Part shown: positions 26,476 through 40,377 of the stretch, one piece after another | How positions within the stretch are numbered: position 1 is the first letter of the stretch | Layout: each line of letters opens with the position of its first letter | Assembly: GCF_009914755.1 (NCBI RefSeq) | Contig: NC_060944.1 | Source of the DNA: the human T2T-CHM13v2.0 reference genome, Homo sapiens | Length of the DNA: 64,000 nucleotides | Reading direction: 5' to 3' (one strand) | The notes under the pieces: generated by a model | Database searches by the model: none | What the model saw: the letters and a program-made list of their open reading frames with translations, nothing else | What the model was told of the DNA's origin: nothing | Made by a program: the position numbers and the translations under genes

Positions 26476-29467
26476 AAATAATTATTTTTCATGTCATTTT
26501 ATATTGTCTAAATTTTTATCTAATGAAACAATTAAACTAAATTTTAAATGAGATATAGTACACCAACCAAAATTTAATTTATAAGTCAAAAACCACCAGG
26601 AGAGATTTTATTTTCTAAGCAGCAGCTTATTTACATTTTTCTTTATGACAAGGAATTGAAGATTATTCTACACATTTTTAAATGTTTTGGCCATTTCACC
26701 TGTTTATTTTAATTAAAAATATTTTTAACTTTAAAAATATTTAAAATACCTGACAGCTAAAAAGATCAAGATTTTCCAAGCTACCTAATCATGTGCCATT
26801 AGTCAGATCTGAATAGCTATGGTAGAATTTCTAGGTAGAAATATTCCTTCTGCTAGCCCTCCCTGTCACTGTTTCAGATTACTTCAAGCACTTCTTGACT
26901 TCATCCAACCAGTGTGTAATACTGTAAGCCATATTTTTTTAAAAGGCTAATTAATTTTTTATAGTTCATCTTTGGCACTAATGGTTTGTGCTAGTAATTA
27001 CATAATTATATTATCAACTCCCTAACATTCCTACCATAAAATAAAGCAATATATAAATGACATACCACAGTAAATGACCATCACACTAACAACTATTATT
27101 ATTTCTGTTCTTTGCTCAGAAGATGCTTTAAGAATTTTTTGATATTGTAAGAAAAAATGAAACCACAGAATTGTTTGTGTTATGATGACAGAAGAAAATA
27201 GTGTATGGAGAGCCAGCATAACAATAATTAACACTATTTTTAAAAATATATTTTATGGCTAAATAACCTCAACACTGAACCCATTTTAATATGGAAGTTC
27301 AAAAGGAAAACCATATATTTCCCACTTATTTTTCTTTGGCAAATTCTGTATTCACAGATGGTACAGATATTTTGGCTTTCTAAAGTAAAGCATCTCTATT
27401 TATGATTTTGTCTTGGAAGTCTCTTTCGTGGTTAGACCACATTGTGTACACTTCCGATGATGGACATATGATCTGAGCTTAGCCAAGAAAAGGGGCAGGC
27501 CACATGAAACATCATCAAGGCTGTAAGAGGCTGCTGCCAAGAAGTTGGAAAAGACAATTTTATAGGTCATGAAGAAAACTGGGACCCAGATCAACCAACA
27601 AAGCATTGAGTGACTAAAAAAATAAGTATGTGATGCTCATACAGAGCTAATATGGGCCTCAAAAGAAACTTATTTATATGGAACAGTGGGATAGGAATGC
27701 CATGTTTAAACTACTTTTTACCAAAAGAGGGAGAAGAAGGTTAGGGAAGAATTAACCTACCTTTGGCAAAAACCACATTTTAAAAAATGAATTTAAAATT
27801 TCATTAAGTGGCCATATATTTGCATAACATTGCCAAAAGGTTTATTCTTCCCCCTCTTTTAAAGATATTCCCCAAGGTTGAGCTTCTTGCTGAAAACAAG
27901 GCATAAAAGACCATATATTTGCATTTTTTTCATTTTCAATTGTTTTGAGTGTCAAATTTATAAATACTTACTAACAATTTTTGAGCCAAGAAATGAAATT
28001 CCTCATCAAGGTTTAAGAAAAAATGTAAGCATATTGCTTATAAAATTCACATTGACTTTGGAATATGGAAACATTAAAAAATTAGGTAATTATGACATAA
28101 TTTATGGTTAATCCAAATCCTTCTGGAAAGGACCTGAAATAAAAATCACTGGTTAGAATACAGAGATCTCCACTACTTGCCATGTTAGAGTAACTGAATC
28201 TGAACTTGCCCACCCAGTGGAAACAACCAGAAGATTAAAAAATATATGTAAAAGAGTGCCTTTCAGACATTGAACAACTATCTGTGCATGACTGTGATAT
28301 ATAACAGAAGGTAAAACAAATGAGATGAGCTCTAAAATCTACCAGCTTTTCACCTCAACCCATACCACAGACTGTGACACAGCAAGGTAGGCCACAAGCA
28401 GAGCTGGAAGATCCCATTGAGATGAGAAAAAAGAGATCAGGTCTGGAGAGATGGGGACAGTTTGATTTTGTGGGACAAAATACCATAGAGCAAGGAACTG
28501 CACAGAGAGAGTGAGTTCCAGATATCAGCATAGGGGTTCCTTTGAGCCTGTTTCTAAGTACTAAGACCCACATGAATAGAATGGTATTTCCTGATGCTTG
28601 GCAAATAATTATCAGGATGATTTAACTTGAACCATTACAAAAGTGTAAACAGGGCTGGAAGACGTTAAAGTTTTATCTAGAAGAATGCAGTTATTTCAAT
28701 GAATACATCAAACATGTTGTAGGAAGCATAGAAGAGTTAACTTCAGTAGTTAAGACTCAAGTAGCCCTATGATAAAAAATAGTACAGACATGTCCTAACA
28801 AATCTTAAAAACCAGCATGGAAGTGATTGAACTGATTTGTAAGTTACTTAACTACTGTCCAAACAAAGTTCAACATTTTTTAAAGGTAAATAACAAAATC
28901 TGGACTCTCAAAAGCATTGAATTTACCAATCAAATTACCATCAAATTTATCATCAAATTACCAATATCAATGTAATCAAACACAGTGAGACATATAAAGA
29001 ATCAGGAAATTATGACACATAACCAGAAGAAAAAAAAATCTGCCAATAGAAATAGTAAAAATAAAGATAATAGTATAAGAGAGAGGGAGTTTTAAAGACC
29101 TATAAATAAGCTCAAAGATTTAAAGAAAAACATAAATATCAAGTTATGTTTTGATAGTTAGGTTTTTATATCAAAACAGAACTTGATATTTATGTTTTTC
29201 TATCAAAGAAAGAAGCAAGATATAAAAACAAATCAAATAAAACTTCTGGAGAAAAACAATAAGCATACATATATTTTTTGTTAAAAATAATGAGATGGGC
29301 TTGCCAGATGATTGGACATTGCAAAAGAAAAGATAAGAGAATGTTGAGACATAGCCAAAGAAGACATTTAATATAAAACACAGAATTTAAAAGACTGCCA
29401 AAAAATGAAAAGAGCCAGTTACCTATGAGACAATATCAAGCAGTCTAACATACCTAAAATTGGAGCC

Positions 29468-29937
29468 TGTATTAGTTTCCTACTGCTGCTGTAAGAGATT
29501 GTAATAAAAGTAACAGCTAAAAAACATTAAAGAGTTCTGGAGGTCAGAAATCAGGAATGAGTCTTTTGGGCTAAAATCAAGGAATTGGCAGAGCTGCATG
29601 ACTTCTGCACATTCTAGAAAGGAGTCGACTTCTTGGCCTTTTCCATCTAGAGGTCACTTGCATTTCTGGGCTTCTGACCTCTTCTTCCATTTTTAAAGTG
29701 TATCACTCCAACTTCTGCTTTGGTCATGACATCACCTTCTCACTCTCATCCTCCTGTCTCCCTCTTATAGCGATCCTTGTGATTATGCTGGACTTGCCCA
29801 GATAATCCAGGATAACTGTCCCATATTAAAATCCTTAAGCTAACCACATCTGAAAAGTTCACTTTACCATTTAAAGCAACATATTTACAGGTTCCAGAGA
29901 TTAGGGAATGGGGAGGTGCATTACTCAGTCTATTATG
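29468..29937 (-). mobile_element. MLT1C/D-like MaLR solo LTR inserted in L1M
   Basis: tgtattagtttcctactgctgctgtaa...ttctggaggtcagaa...ccagataatccaggataa...tttacaggttccagagattagg; ~470 bp. Confidence 0.75.
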
Positions 29938-30005
29938 GAATCACAGAAGAAGAGAGAGGGAACAGGCGGAAAAAAAGTTTGGAAAAAAAAAAAAGTCCCA
30001 AGCAA

Positions 30006-30303
30006 TTTTTTTTTTAATGGGACAGGGTCTTGCTCTGTGGCCCAGGCTGGAGTACAGTGGCACAACCATAGCTCACTGCAGCCTCAAACTCCTGGAGCTT
30101 GGATCTACCCTCCTCAGCCACCCAAGTAGCTGGGATGACAGGCATGCACCTACATGCCCAGCTGTTTTTTAAAAAAATTTCCTATAGGGATATGTGTCTC
30201 ACTAAATTGTCCAGTTTGCTCTGGAACTCCTGGGCTCAAGTAATCCTTCCACCTTAGCCTCCCAAAGTGTTGGGATTACAGGTGTGAGCCACCATGCCTG
30301 GCC
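30006..30303 (-). mobile_element. AluJ
   Basis: acagggtcttgctctgt...catagctcactgcagcctcaaactcctgg...ctcctgggctcaagtaatcc. Confidence 0.88.
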
Positions 30304-30916
30304 ATACAATTTTCTTAATTTGATAAAAATTGTAAACTCAAAAACCCAACAAGTACAAAAAATTAAGAAGGATAAACAACATCAAGGAATATCATCATCA
30401 AATTTTTGAAATCCAGTGATAAAGAGGAAATCTTACAAGCAGCCAGAGGAAAGGGAACATGAGTGAGGAGGGAAGGCATGTTACTTACAGGGAAACAAAG
30501 ATTAGAATTTCCACAGACTTTTTGCCAGAAACAATACAAAACAAAAATCAAAGGAATATTTGAAGTATTGAAAGAAAAAAAATGCTCTTATACTACATAA
30601 AAATATCCTTACCCCCGAATGTATCTTTCAAAAACTAAAATAAAATAAAAATATTTTCAACATTAGAATGCTGAAAACTTGTCATTTGTTTGTATTCTGA
30701 TGAATTTTGTTTATTGACTGTTTTCCAGAAAAGATGGCATAAGAAATTCTTCATGCAGAAGAAAAATTATGTCACATTGAAACTCAGACTCACTCAAAGA
30801 AATAAAAAGAGCCAAAAGTGGTGAATATGTTTTTGAGGGTTTTTTGTTGTTGTTGTTGTTGTTTACTTTTGTTTTAGTGTCAACAGAAGATAATTGATTA
30901 AATAATTAATTTAAGC

Positions 30917-31137
30917 AAGGGTCAGCAAACTGTCTCCTATAGGATATGGCCCCCTTCCTCCTTTTGTAAATAAAATTTAACTGGCACACCGGCACACCTA
31001 TTTATTTACATGTTATCTATGACTACTTTCACACTACAGTGGCAGAATTCAACAGTTTTGACAGAGACAGAATGGTCTGCACAGCCTAAAATATTTACTA
31101 TCTGGCCTTTTAGGGAAAAAAATGGCAGACCACTAAT
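30917..31137. mobile_element. MER58-type hAT-Charlie MITE
   Basis: agggtcagcaaact...ttttgtaaataaaatttaactgg...aaaatatttactatctggcc. Confidence 0.75.
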
Positions 31138-31554
31138 TTAAAGAACAGTAATCAAAATCCGGTGTAGAGTTTGCCACATATGTAAAAATAAAATGTATGG
31201 AAAGTCACACACAAAGAACAGGAGAAAAGATATGGGAGTATATCATTTATAAGGTTATTGAATTTCACTTGAAGGGATGCGATATTATTTGAAGGAACAC
31301 TGCAAATAAAAATGCAAATTACCACCCTAGACAATGACTACTCAAAAATGTAGCAAAGCAAATAAGCCAGTAGTGGAGACAAAATGAAGTATGAAACTTC
31401 CTCGTTGGCTAAAATAAAGCAGGGTGAAAAGAAAAGAGAAACAAATTTGTGGACAACTGAAAGGTAAAACCAAGAAGATCGATTTAAGCACATTTACATC
31501 AATAATTATATTGAATGCAGATGGCCTAACCTTCCCTTTAAAAGGCAGAGATTT

Positions 31555-31810
31555 ACTCCGCATGTTCTCACTCATAGGTTCGAATTGAACAATGAGAACA
31601 CTTGGACACAGGGTGGGGAACATCACACACTGGGGTCTGTCATGGGGTGGGAGGAGGGGGAAGGGATAGCATTAGGAGATATACTTAATGTAAATGACGA
31701 GTTAATGGGTGCAGCACACCAACATGGCACATGTATACATATGTAACGAACCTGCAGGTTGCACATGTACCCTAGAACTTAAAGTATAATAAAAAATAAA
31801 TAAAAATAAA
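31555..31810 (+). mobile_element. Short L1PA (PA4-6-like) 3'UTR insertion within L1M
   Basis: ccgcatgttctcactcatagg...acttggacacagggtggggaacatc...cctagaacttaaagtataat plus A-tail; TSD agagattt at 31547-31554 and 31811-31818. Confidence 0.9.
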
Positions 31811-32890
31811 AGAGATTTTCAGACTGAATAAAAAAGAAAAACGCACTTGCTGTGTACAATAAAACCGCTCAAATTAAAATGACATAAGTAGATTACAAAG
31901 ATGAAAAAAATACCATAAAAAGAGTAATCATAAGAAAGCTGGAGTGGCTATATTAATAAAAGACAAAATATACTTCAGGGCAGGGGATATTATCAGAGAT
32001 AAAAGGAACATTTCATAATGACAAGAGGTTCAATTCATCAAGAATATATAATGTCCCTAAGTTACAAAGCTGCAAAATGCATGAATCAAAAATTGACAGA
32101 ATCAAAAGGAAAATGAAACAAATATTAGTGATTATCAGAAACAAGTGTATAGAAAATCAATAAGGATATTGCATATATGAACCTTTTCAACTACTGTATC
32201 CAAATATTTAAAGAACACTCCACTCAACCACAAGAAAACACACACTCTTTTTAAGTATAAATGGGACATTTACGAAGATAGAGCATATTCTGGACCATAA
32301 AGCAAATCTCAAAAAAATTGGGAAAAAATTGAAATCATTCAGAATATATTCTTCTACTATCTGGCATAAGGGCCCGTTTTAAACAAATCTGATGAAATAT
32401 GCCACCATTAAAATATGTCTAGGTAATAAATACCCCATTCATTTGGAAATATTTAGAGCAAAAAAAAGTGTATTAGCCCTTAAAATTAACCTTAAAAAAT
32501 GATCTCCATTTATTTAATTAATAAATTTTGCAATATTAGGTGGAAATATTTAATCCATTTTTAACCCCAGAATTACATAAAGTATTATTTATTTATTTAT
32601 TTATTTATTTTGTTCAACTGGTAGGCATGTCTATGACAAATTGCCTCCTGATACAGCAAAACCCATCCAGTCACCGGCCAACAGCTTGCAGTTTAACCAG
32701 ACATGATACAGCCTGAATGTATGATTACAAAGATAGACAAAACTAGCATCACCAATTGCAGTTCAATTATTTTACAATATACCGACATTGCTGCAAATGC
32801 AGTTGGATCTTGAGAACCATATTATCCTGTCCAGAACTGTCATATTGAGAAATGAAACCCATCAACAAATTATTCACATGTGTTATCTCC

Positions 32891-32893
<3 letters not shown>

Positions 32894-32925
<32 letters not shown>
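32894..32925 (+). repeat. (TG)n microsatellite
   Basis: ~16 TG units. Confidence 0.95.
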
Positions 32926-32929
<4 letters not shown>

Positions 32930-33519
32930 TTCATGAAAATAAAGATATTTAGAAAAAACAAAGAAAAACTTAGTTGATAGGAGTCTAGGATTAAGTGAGT
33001 CTAAGAGAGTTTAATTCAGGAATACAACGTTGAGGGCAAGATAATAAAACTAACTCCGGTCCTTTTAAAAAGCTGTATATACATACATACATTCACACAT
33101 ACATATGCATATTTGATCAGAATAAAAATATTTAAGGAAAATATGGGAAATATTTAGAGTAATATTTGAGACCCAAGAGTCTTGGTAGATGCAAACTTTA
33201 GGGAAAGTAGGATCCCAGGCCAATACTTAAACACAACAAGTTGGCACTTATTTTAAAACCCCTCAGGTTATAATTAGTATTAATAAACCATCTTATTCAC
33301 CTCTTACCTCTAGGAATGGTCACATTCAAACCTAATAGAAATGAATTTTACCAGCCTTAATAATGACCCTAATACCTAGGAACTGCTAACTTAGACTTAA
33401 GCAAAATTATTCTTAAAAAATTTTTTTGAATATTTCCTTTCATTCTACCTTTTCTTATTTATGAAAATTAAGTTTCCCAGCTTCCTATCTAAATCTGGCA
33501 CATCTTCACCAATGTATGT

Positions 33520-33844
33520 CTTTTTTTTCTTTTCTTTTCTTTTTTTTTTTTTTTGAGACAGCATTTCACTCTATCACCCAGATTGGAGTGCATGCCACGA
33601 TCATAGCTCACTGTAGCCTCAGCGTCCCAGGCTCAAGCAATCCTCTTCCCTCAGCCACCTGAGTAGCTGGAACTACAGGCGTGCACCACCAAGTCCGGCT
33701 AATTATTTATTTATCATTATTTTTTGTAGAGACAAGGTCTAGCTATGTTGCCCAGGCTGGTCTCAAACTCCTGGGCTCAAGTGATCCTGCTGCCTTGGCC
33801 TCCCAAATTGTTGAGATTACAGGCTTGAGTCACTGCACTTGGCC
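33520..33844 (-). mobile_element. AluJ
   Basis: T-tail; cgatcatagctcactgtagcctc; ttttttgtagagacaaggtct; ctcctgggctcaagtgatcc. Confidence 0.88.
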
Positions 33845-33904
33845 GGTTTTCTCATCTTTAGTAAGAATTGTGATCCCCAAAGCTGTTTAGGTATGTTGTT
33901 AACC

Positions 33905-34130
33905 AGCATTGTCTAGGGATGGTGAATGTGGGCTACCTAGGTTAAAATTCCAGCTCTGCCACTTACTATCTGTGTGATCCTGAGGAAGTTAATTTATTTC
34001 TCTGTGCCTCAACTTGCTTATTCTTTAAATGAGGATGTCATAGAGATATTATAAGGGTTAAATTTCATTATATTTGTAAAGTGCTTTAAACAGTGTCTGG
34101 CATGGGATAAGTCCTATATAATGCTGGTTA
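33905..34130 (+). mobile_element. MIR
   Basis: ccagctctgccacttactatctgtgtgatcctgaggaagtta...ctctgtgcctc...gtgctttaaacagtgtctggca. Confidence 0.8.
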
Positions 34131-35289
34131 AAAATTTAGGGAAAAGAAAAAACTCTTTCAGGTATATTATTGTTTTAAAAATTTACAGAATCATCTTTTC
34201 TCTTCTGCCTTCTTCTCTCCCTTGGCAAAACTATTTAAAATTGGGACTTAAAAGATAAGAAAACTCCAATTATAATAGATGTTTATTCTTATAGGAGTAA
34301 CGGCAAAGTAATTTTTGAGGATTGTAGAGGAGAAAGTTGAATATATTTTTATTTCATCAATGAAAAACATGAAGCGTTTCTCTTCTACCTCAACCAGGAA
34401 GGCAGCTATTGCAAATTTAACCAGAAGACTCAGTTGATGTGTACTCTAAGATTACATAAGTATCAATTCATAGCATTTCCTGTCCTACTTTACAGACCTA
34501 AATAAAAGTCGTCTACCCACATGCTTAAAATATCACCCTATTAGGTGAGGTTTTTATGTTAGGATAGTGTATATTCTTGTTTAATTTTTATGAAACATTT
34601 TACACTTTAAATTAATGAAAAGATATATCCAGATATTTTCAGTTTTCTTTAGGTAGTAAACTTGCTATAGAGTAATGTGAAATCAAATGTTTGAGGCAAT
34701 TTTAAGAAAAGGGATAGAAGAAGAAGAAAAAAAAATTTAAGCCAAATGCCCCCATGGGAGTAAATCATTTTATTGGTAGTCAAGTCAGGAAATGTTAACT
34801 GGTGGTTATGTAACAAAGAGAAGAATATTTTAAGACATCGTTTTGGAAATATCTACACTTTAAGAAAATTGGGGGAATATTTCCTTTTTGGTCTTACTGA
34901 AACATTGACTTTTTGAAGTAGAATTGTTAAGAAAACACACACTGTTGAGGTTAGTTACAGTTAGTTGGGATGAAGTAATTAAAATGCTTGCATGAGAACA
35001 TCCTCTACCGCAGTTGTAGTTCATTTCCCCCCCACAGACACAGAACTTTTCTGATCTCATTCTGAAAAATATCATATTTTCTCTTCAAATGCTAATGGCC
35101 TGCCACTCTTTTCCCAGTTGGTTCATTCAGAGACATCATTTTCCTAGTTTGTACTGTATTATGTTTTGTTTTTAAGAAAATGTAAGGTACTTTAGAGTAT
35201 AACTATAAAGAAGAAAAGTAAATTGGATTTCACACAATATCAAAAATGGTAAAAAAAACACATTACTTTCATGTGTTTACTCATTAGCT

Positions 35290-35850
35290 TCTTTACACAT
35301 TAGTTTCAGGTGTTTATTGCTTTATTCTTAGTGTAACATTTTATGTAGCAGTAAAATATTGGAAGGCAAATGTTCATCAAAAGGGAAATGAATAAAGATA
35401 TGTTAAAATTATATAATGCAATATACAATATTTAAAATAAATAAAATACATGCATTTATTTATATACATATATGATTATATATATTTGCAATAACCTGAA
35501 ATTTCAAAAGAATATTGACATTGAAATATGTAGTCACAAAATGATACATAGAGTATGATAACATCTATGTAAATGTTAAAATGCAAAGTAAGACCACGTG
35601 TTATTTATGAATAAATTATGAATCTATCAAGCAAAATTATAAAAACATGGACTGGAAACATGTACACCAAACTCACCATAATGGTTGCCTCAGAGAATAA
35701 GATGGGGGAGGGAAAAGTAGAAACTTTACCTTTAATGCCCTCATTCCTTTATTTAAAATACATGAAAAGTGACTAAATATTTGTTAAATCTGGATATTGT
35801 ACATATATATTTATTTCACTATTTCCTGAGGTATTCTATATTTTCTAAAT
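35290..35850 (+). mobile_element. L1ME-type 3' end fragment
   Basis: tgtttattgc...aaatgttcatcaaaagggaaatgaataaa...ataatggttgcctc. Confidence 0.5.
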
Positions 35851-36152
35851 TTTTAGCAGTAAACATAAAAGTAATCATCCCTTTAATGATTTCAAAGGGG
35901 TTTTTTGTTTGTTTTTACTGCATAAATGTAAGCACCCAGAATTGCCTCTGATTATATTCAACTTTGATTTGCAGAGCACAGATCTGGTCAGTTCATGGAC
36001 CACAAGTCATGGGCGCAGCAGTTCACACTTTTTGGGAAAGATGTGGTCATTGTTGTGGTCTGTTATTTCACCAGAAATAAATGAACATTAAAGTGTTGTT
36101 AAGTGGCTGCTATGGAAGCTTGACTTCAAAATAATTTTCTTACTGCTGATAA

Positions 36153-36881
36153 TGAAACTGTCTTTGCAAAAATTATAACTAAAACAATTATGATAGTGAA
36201 ATATATTTGAACTATCCATCTTCCTCTTGCTTCTAACCTCCAAGCTCTCCATGTTCATTACTGGATATAGACCAAACTAACTTTGAGAGGAACTTAGTTT
36301 ATCATTTAACTTTGAAATAAAGACAATAACAGCCTTTTCCCAAAACAAACCCCCTTCCTGCCTGGGGACTAGAATGCCTATGTGGGACTAACAAATTAGC
36401 TATGAGATTAAAAATTGTAGTTTAGGAGTCACACAACTGGAGGCCACAAGATTCTGAACCTCCCCAAATTGCTCCTCGGGATAACATCTCTATTGTAAAA
36501 CCTAAGATTAGAGCTCGGGATATTTTGCAGACTCTGCATTCAATTGATCAGTTGGCATAACTCAGATCCATAAACTGACTCATCTGGTCTTATGGCCCCC
36601 ACCAGGAACTGACTCAGCACAAGAGGACAGCTTCAACTCCCTATGATTTCATCTTCAACCTGACCAATCAACACTTCACACTTTCTGACCCCCTACCCGT
36701 CAAATTATCCTCAAAAACTTTGATCCCCGAGTTTTCAGAAACACCTATTTGAGTAATAATACAACTCCAGTCTCCTGTGCAGCTGTTTCTGCATGAATTA
36801 AACTCTTTATTGCAATTCCCCTGACCTGATCAATCTGCTCTATCTAGGCAGCAGGCAACGAGAACCCATTGGGTGGTTACA
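36153..36881 (+). mobile_element. LTR8A-like ERV1 solo LTR
   Basis: tgaaactgtctttgcaaaaattataact...gaacccattgggtggttaca; perfect 4-bp TSD ataa (36149-36152, 36882-36885). Confidence 0.85.
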
Positions 36882-38883
36882 ATAAGGTGCAACACACTTT
36901 CAACTTTCAATAAGGATAGTATTTACGCAGATTAGCACCAGACTTGAAATTATACTAACCTTTGTCCTTATCAAGTGAAAATACTCTCTTAGATTTGGAT
37001 ATATTTTTGTTATCACCCCATCTGGCTTGAACCCTCAAGTCAGACATAGTATCTAGTATTTAAGGTATTTAACTTCCATTCAGAACTGACATTTCATTGG
37101 TTACGGCAAGTCATGTGCCCCCAAGACAATGAAGTGAGGAAGTACATACCACCCACAGAGTGGGAAATAAGTAAGAACTGTGAACAAATACTATGATGAA
37201 CATACCAATATTCATTACATTGGAAGGCATCCGTGTCTGTTTTGGCATCAAGAATGGTAGGGTACAAAGGTAGGACAAATTTTACAATACAACTTTATTT
37301 TCTGCACTGTACAACGGAGATAATAACTATACCATTTGACTTTGAGCAACGACTTTATTCTTTGAAAAAGTGTGTTTTAAAGAGGTTCAGTAACTTTCTG
37401 AAACTACTGCAACTCTCAAATGGAAACTGTTGGATTTGGACCCAAGATTGTTACCACTAATAAGCTATGTTATCAACATATAATAGGCCTCTAAGCTCGT
37501 ATCTATAAAATGTTGTAGTTGGTGTCTTGGATCTCTTAAATGCTCCACAATCCATTTGGTCTGTGTGCCTACGAGTATTGCCTCAAAGCTATTTGGAGAT
37601 GTGAAGACTTGCTTTACAGTCTTTCAAAGACTGCCACAGAGCCCCAAGGTCAGCTGAGACTAAGACTCACTTGCCTGACACATTTACCACCAAGAAGCAC
37701 TTAGCAAAGTTTGAAAATATATTTTGATAAAAAATACCTATAGTTAGGTCAGAAGTTTACCCCTGCCAATGTTAGCTGAATAGCATTACAGTATTTAAAG
37801 TAGTACATACAAGCTACACAAATGATAGTATTCAGGAGAAAAGTGCTTATGTATGAAAAGAAAATGAAGATAAAAATATTAATGGGACATGTCACTGCTC
37901 TTATATAGTACCTTTGACACATAACTCTTAGGAGTTCATTGAATACAATTCTTTTTAAGAAAAAAAATCAAGAAAATACATCTTTTAAAAGATTTTTTAA
38001 AAATCACAGTTTTCAAAGACATCAGCATGATTATCTTCTAGGAATCTCAAGTTCAAGTTTCGTATATCTGGTCATCTTGTTGCAAAAAATTAATGACAGT
38101 AGGTTTATTTAAATAAATTAAAGATAAAATTGAAAAATAAACAAAATAAAGTAAGCTCCAAAATTCTACTGCCAAAATGAACTTCACACAATGGTAACTT
38201 TTTGGTCATCACATTCAATTGCCCTCTTGTCCTCTCTATATTACTCTAATTTTTGGAGGATATACCCCTTACTATGTATTTTATGCAAAGAAAATATGTG
38301 CTAGGGAGTTTTCTGGTATCCACTTTCTGAGAGGAACAAGAAAGCAACAATGAATATTAAATGTCTTTCATGAGCTGACATTATGCTTGAGGCACTACAC
38401 CATACATACATCTCTCTTTCCATAATGCTTATTAAAAATTGTAGGTAAAAATCCCAAAATAATCAGAGAGTTTAAAAACCTGATCTCATAGCGGGATGAA
38501 AAAATAAGGATTTAAACTCATCTGGTTCAACTCCAGAGATAATCTTCTTTGGTCAATGAAAACAGGTCCACAAACATGAAAAAGGCCCTAAACCATTGTT
38601 TATAAGCTGCCTCTGCCCTCCAAATTATCACTGCAGAACTCTCACTATAAGAATAATGACAAACAAAGTAAGACATACCCACAAGTATTAACTTGAGTCT
38701 TCAAATGCTCTATAAAACCTAGGGCCTTCGGGCTACTGGGAAGGCTGTTTATTTAGAGAAAGGCAGAATAGTTACCAAAGATCATTTGAGGTTTCCAATT
38801 TTCATGGGCATCCTGGTGATCAATGGAAGGAATTAGTTTTGCTTTCTTAGTCTTAGGAATAAGGTGGGAAAAGTAAGTTCATT

Positions 38884-39215
38884 TCATACAGTTACCCACA
38901 CAAATGTAGCTCTCATGTTGCATTGTTCCTGTCGTAAAAAAATATAATGAATTTCAATGGAAAAGTCATTTAACAATCGTATTTTTTAAAATCAATGTTG
39001 TATATATTTGATAAACTATAGGAAGTATAGGCTGTGATCTATACCTTACTCATTCAGTTACCCACACAAATGTAGCTCTCATGCTGCATTGCTCCTGTTG
39101 TAAAAAATTGTAATGGATTTCAATGGAAAAGTCCTTTAACAATCATATTTTTAAAAATCAGTGTTGTGTAGATTTAATAAACTATAAGAAGGGTTGGCTG
39201 TCATCTATACCTTAC
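38884..39215 (+). repeat. Head-to-tail tandem duplication, 2 x 166 bp
   Basis: Copies 38884-39049 and 39050-39215, each tca[ta/tt]cagttacccacacaaatgtagctctcatg...atctataccttac; roughly 85-90% identical by eye. Confidence 0.95.
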
Positions 39216-39389
39216 AGGAGGCTCCAAACCAAATCTAAATAGTCACAGATAGGGAAGGGCCCCATCCTGGGGTTGCTTTACTCCATCATTCACTATAACA
39301 TCAGATTTAGGTGCAAATGAAGGTAGGATGCAACTATGATAAAGTTGCTTGTAATTCAACATCCTGTATCAGGGATCTCATTCCTTCTT

Positions 39390-39781
39390 TTGCTTTAGAA
39401 GCAATGATTTCATAATGTTTTAAGAAAAACAGCAATGACAAATGAAGAAGCTGCCTGGGAAAGCGCATACAATGAAGCATTTAGAGGAAATGATCAGAAT
39501 ATTCCACCTGACGTGATATAAGGGGCAAATACAACACTTTCATTTTATACATATGGACTTCGTGGACCAAAAAGACTAAGTGATTCAGGCAGGGTTATGT
39601 AGCAGGTCTTACAGACCCATGACTACAGCCCAGTTCTGCAAGCTTAAGAAAACAGGCTAAAAAAGAGGACATTTGCTTTTGAATCTGTGCCACTCTAATG
39701 GTTCTTTCAAGCTGCCTTCATGTGTTAACTAAACTGCTGAGGTTAGAAGGAATCCAGCTTTCCATGAATGACACATCTGAC
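39390..39781 (+). repeat. Copy A of the ~390-bp direct duplication flanking the MaLR provirus
   Basis: Colinear with 43700-43841 + 44265-44528 (e.g. tatacatatggacttc, gcaggtcttacaga, atgactacagccca, tgaggttagaaggaatc). Confidence 0.9.
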
Positions 39782-40336
39782 TATTATGATTTGAATATGT
39801 CTCCTTCAAAATTCAGGTGTTGGTAAATGTAACAGTATCAACAGGCTGAGTCTTTTAAAACTTAACTAAACCATGAAGTCTCCTCCCTTGTGGATGGGAT
39901 TAGGTGCCTTTATGAAAGGTCTTCATTGAAAGACTTAGTTCTCTTTTGCTATTCTTTTTTTAAAAAAAAAATAAGTTGTAAACATTTAATTGGTACAAGA
40001 GCAATCTTGTTATGTGGATACATTGCATAGTGGTGAAGTTTGGGCTTTTAGTGCAATTATCACCCAAACGGCATACCTTGTACCCTATCAGTAATTTCTC
40101 ATCCCTCACCCTTCACCTAATCTCCCACCCTTCTGACTCTCCAGTGTCTATTATTCCACACTCTACATCCATGTGTCCACATTATTTAGCTCCCACCTAT
40201 AAGTGAAAACATGTAGTATTTGACTTTCTATTTCTGAGTTGTTTCACTTAAGGTAACAGCCTCCAATTCCATCCATGTTGCTGCAAAAGACATGATTTCA
40301 TTCTTTTTTATTACTGACTAGTATGCCGTTGTATAT

Positions 40337-40377
<41 letters not shown>

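Larger units (their letters stand above)
28150..32360 (+). mobile_element. Old L1M (MC/MD/ME-type) 5' region through the ORF2 endonuclease region, fragmented by later insertions
   Basis: A-rich + strand with L1M motifs: atatcaagcagtctaacatac, aaagaggaaatcttacaagcagccagagg, aagaaagctggagtggctatattaata, catattctggaccataaagcaaatctc. Confidence 0.7.

Noticed and set aside
26713-26728. 16-bp palindrome ttaaaaatatttttaa, and an 8-bp-stem hairpin at 56880-56900
   Set aside because: Short or A/T-only; compatible with chance.
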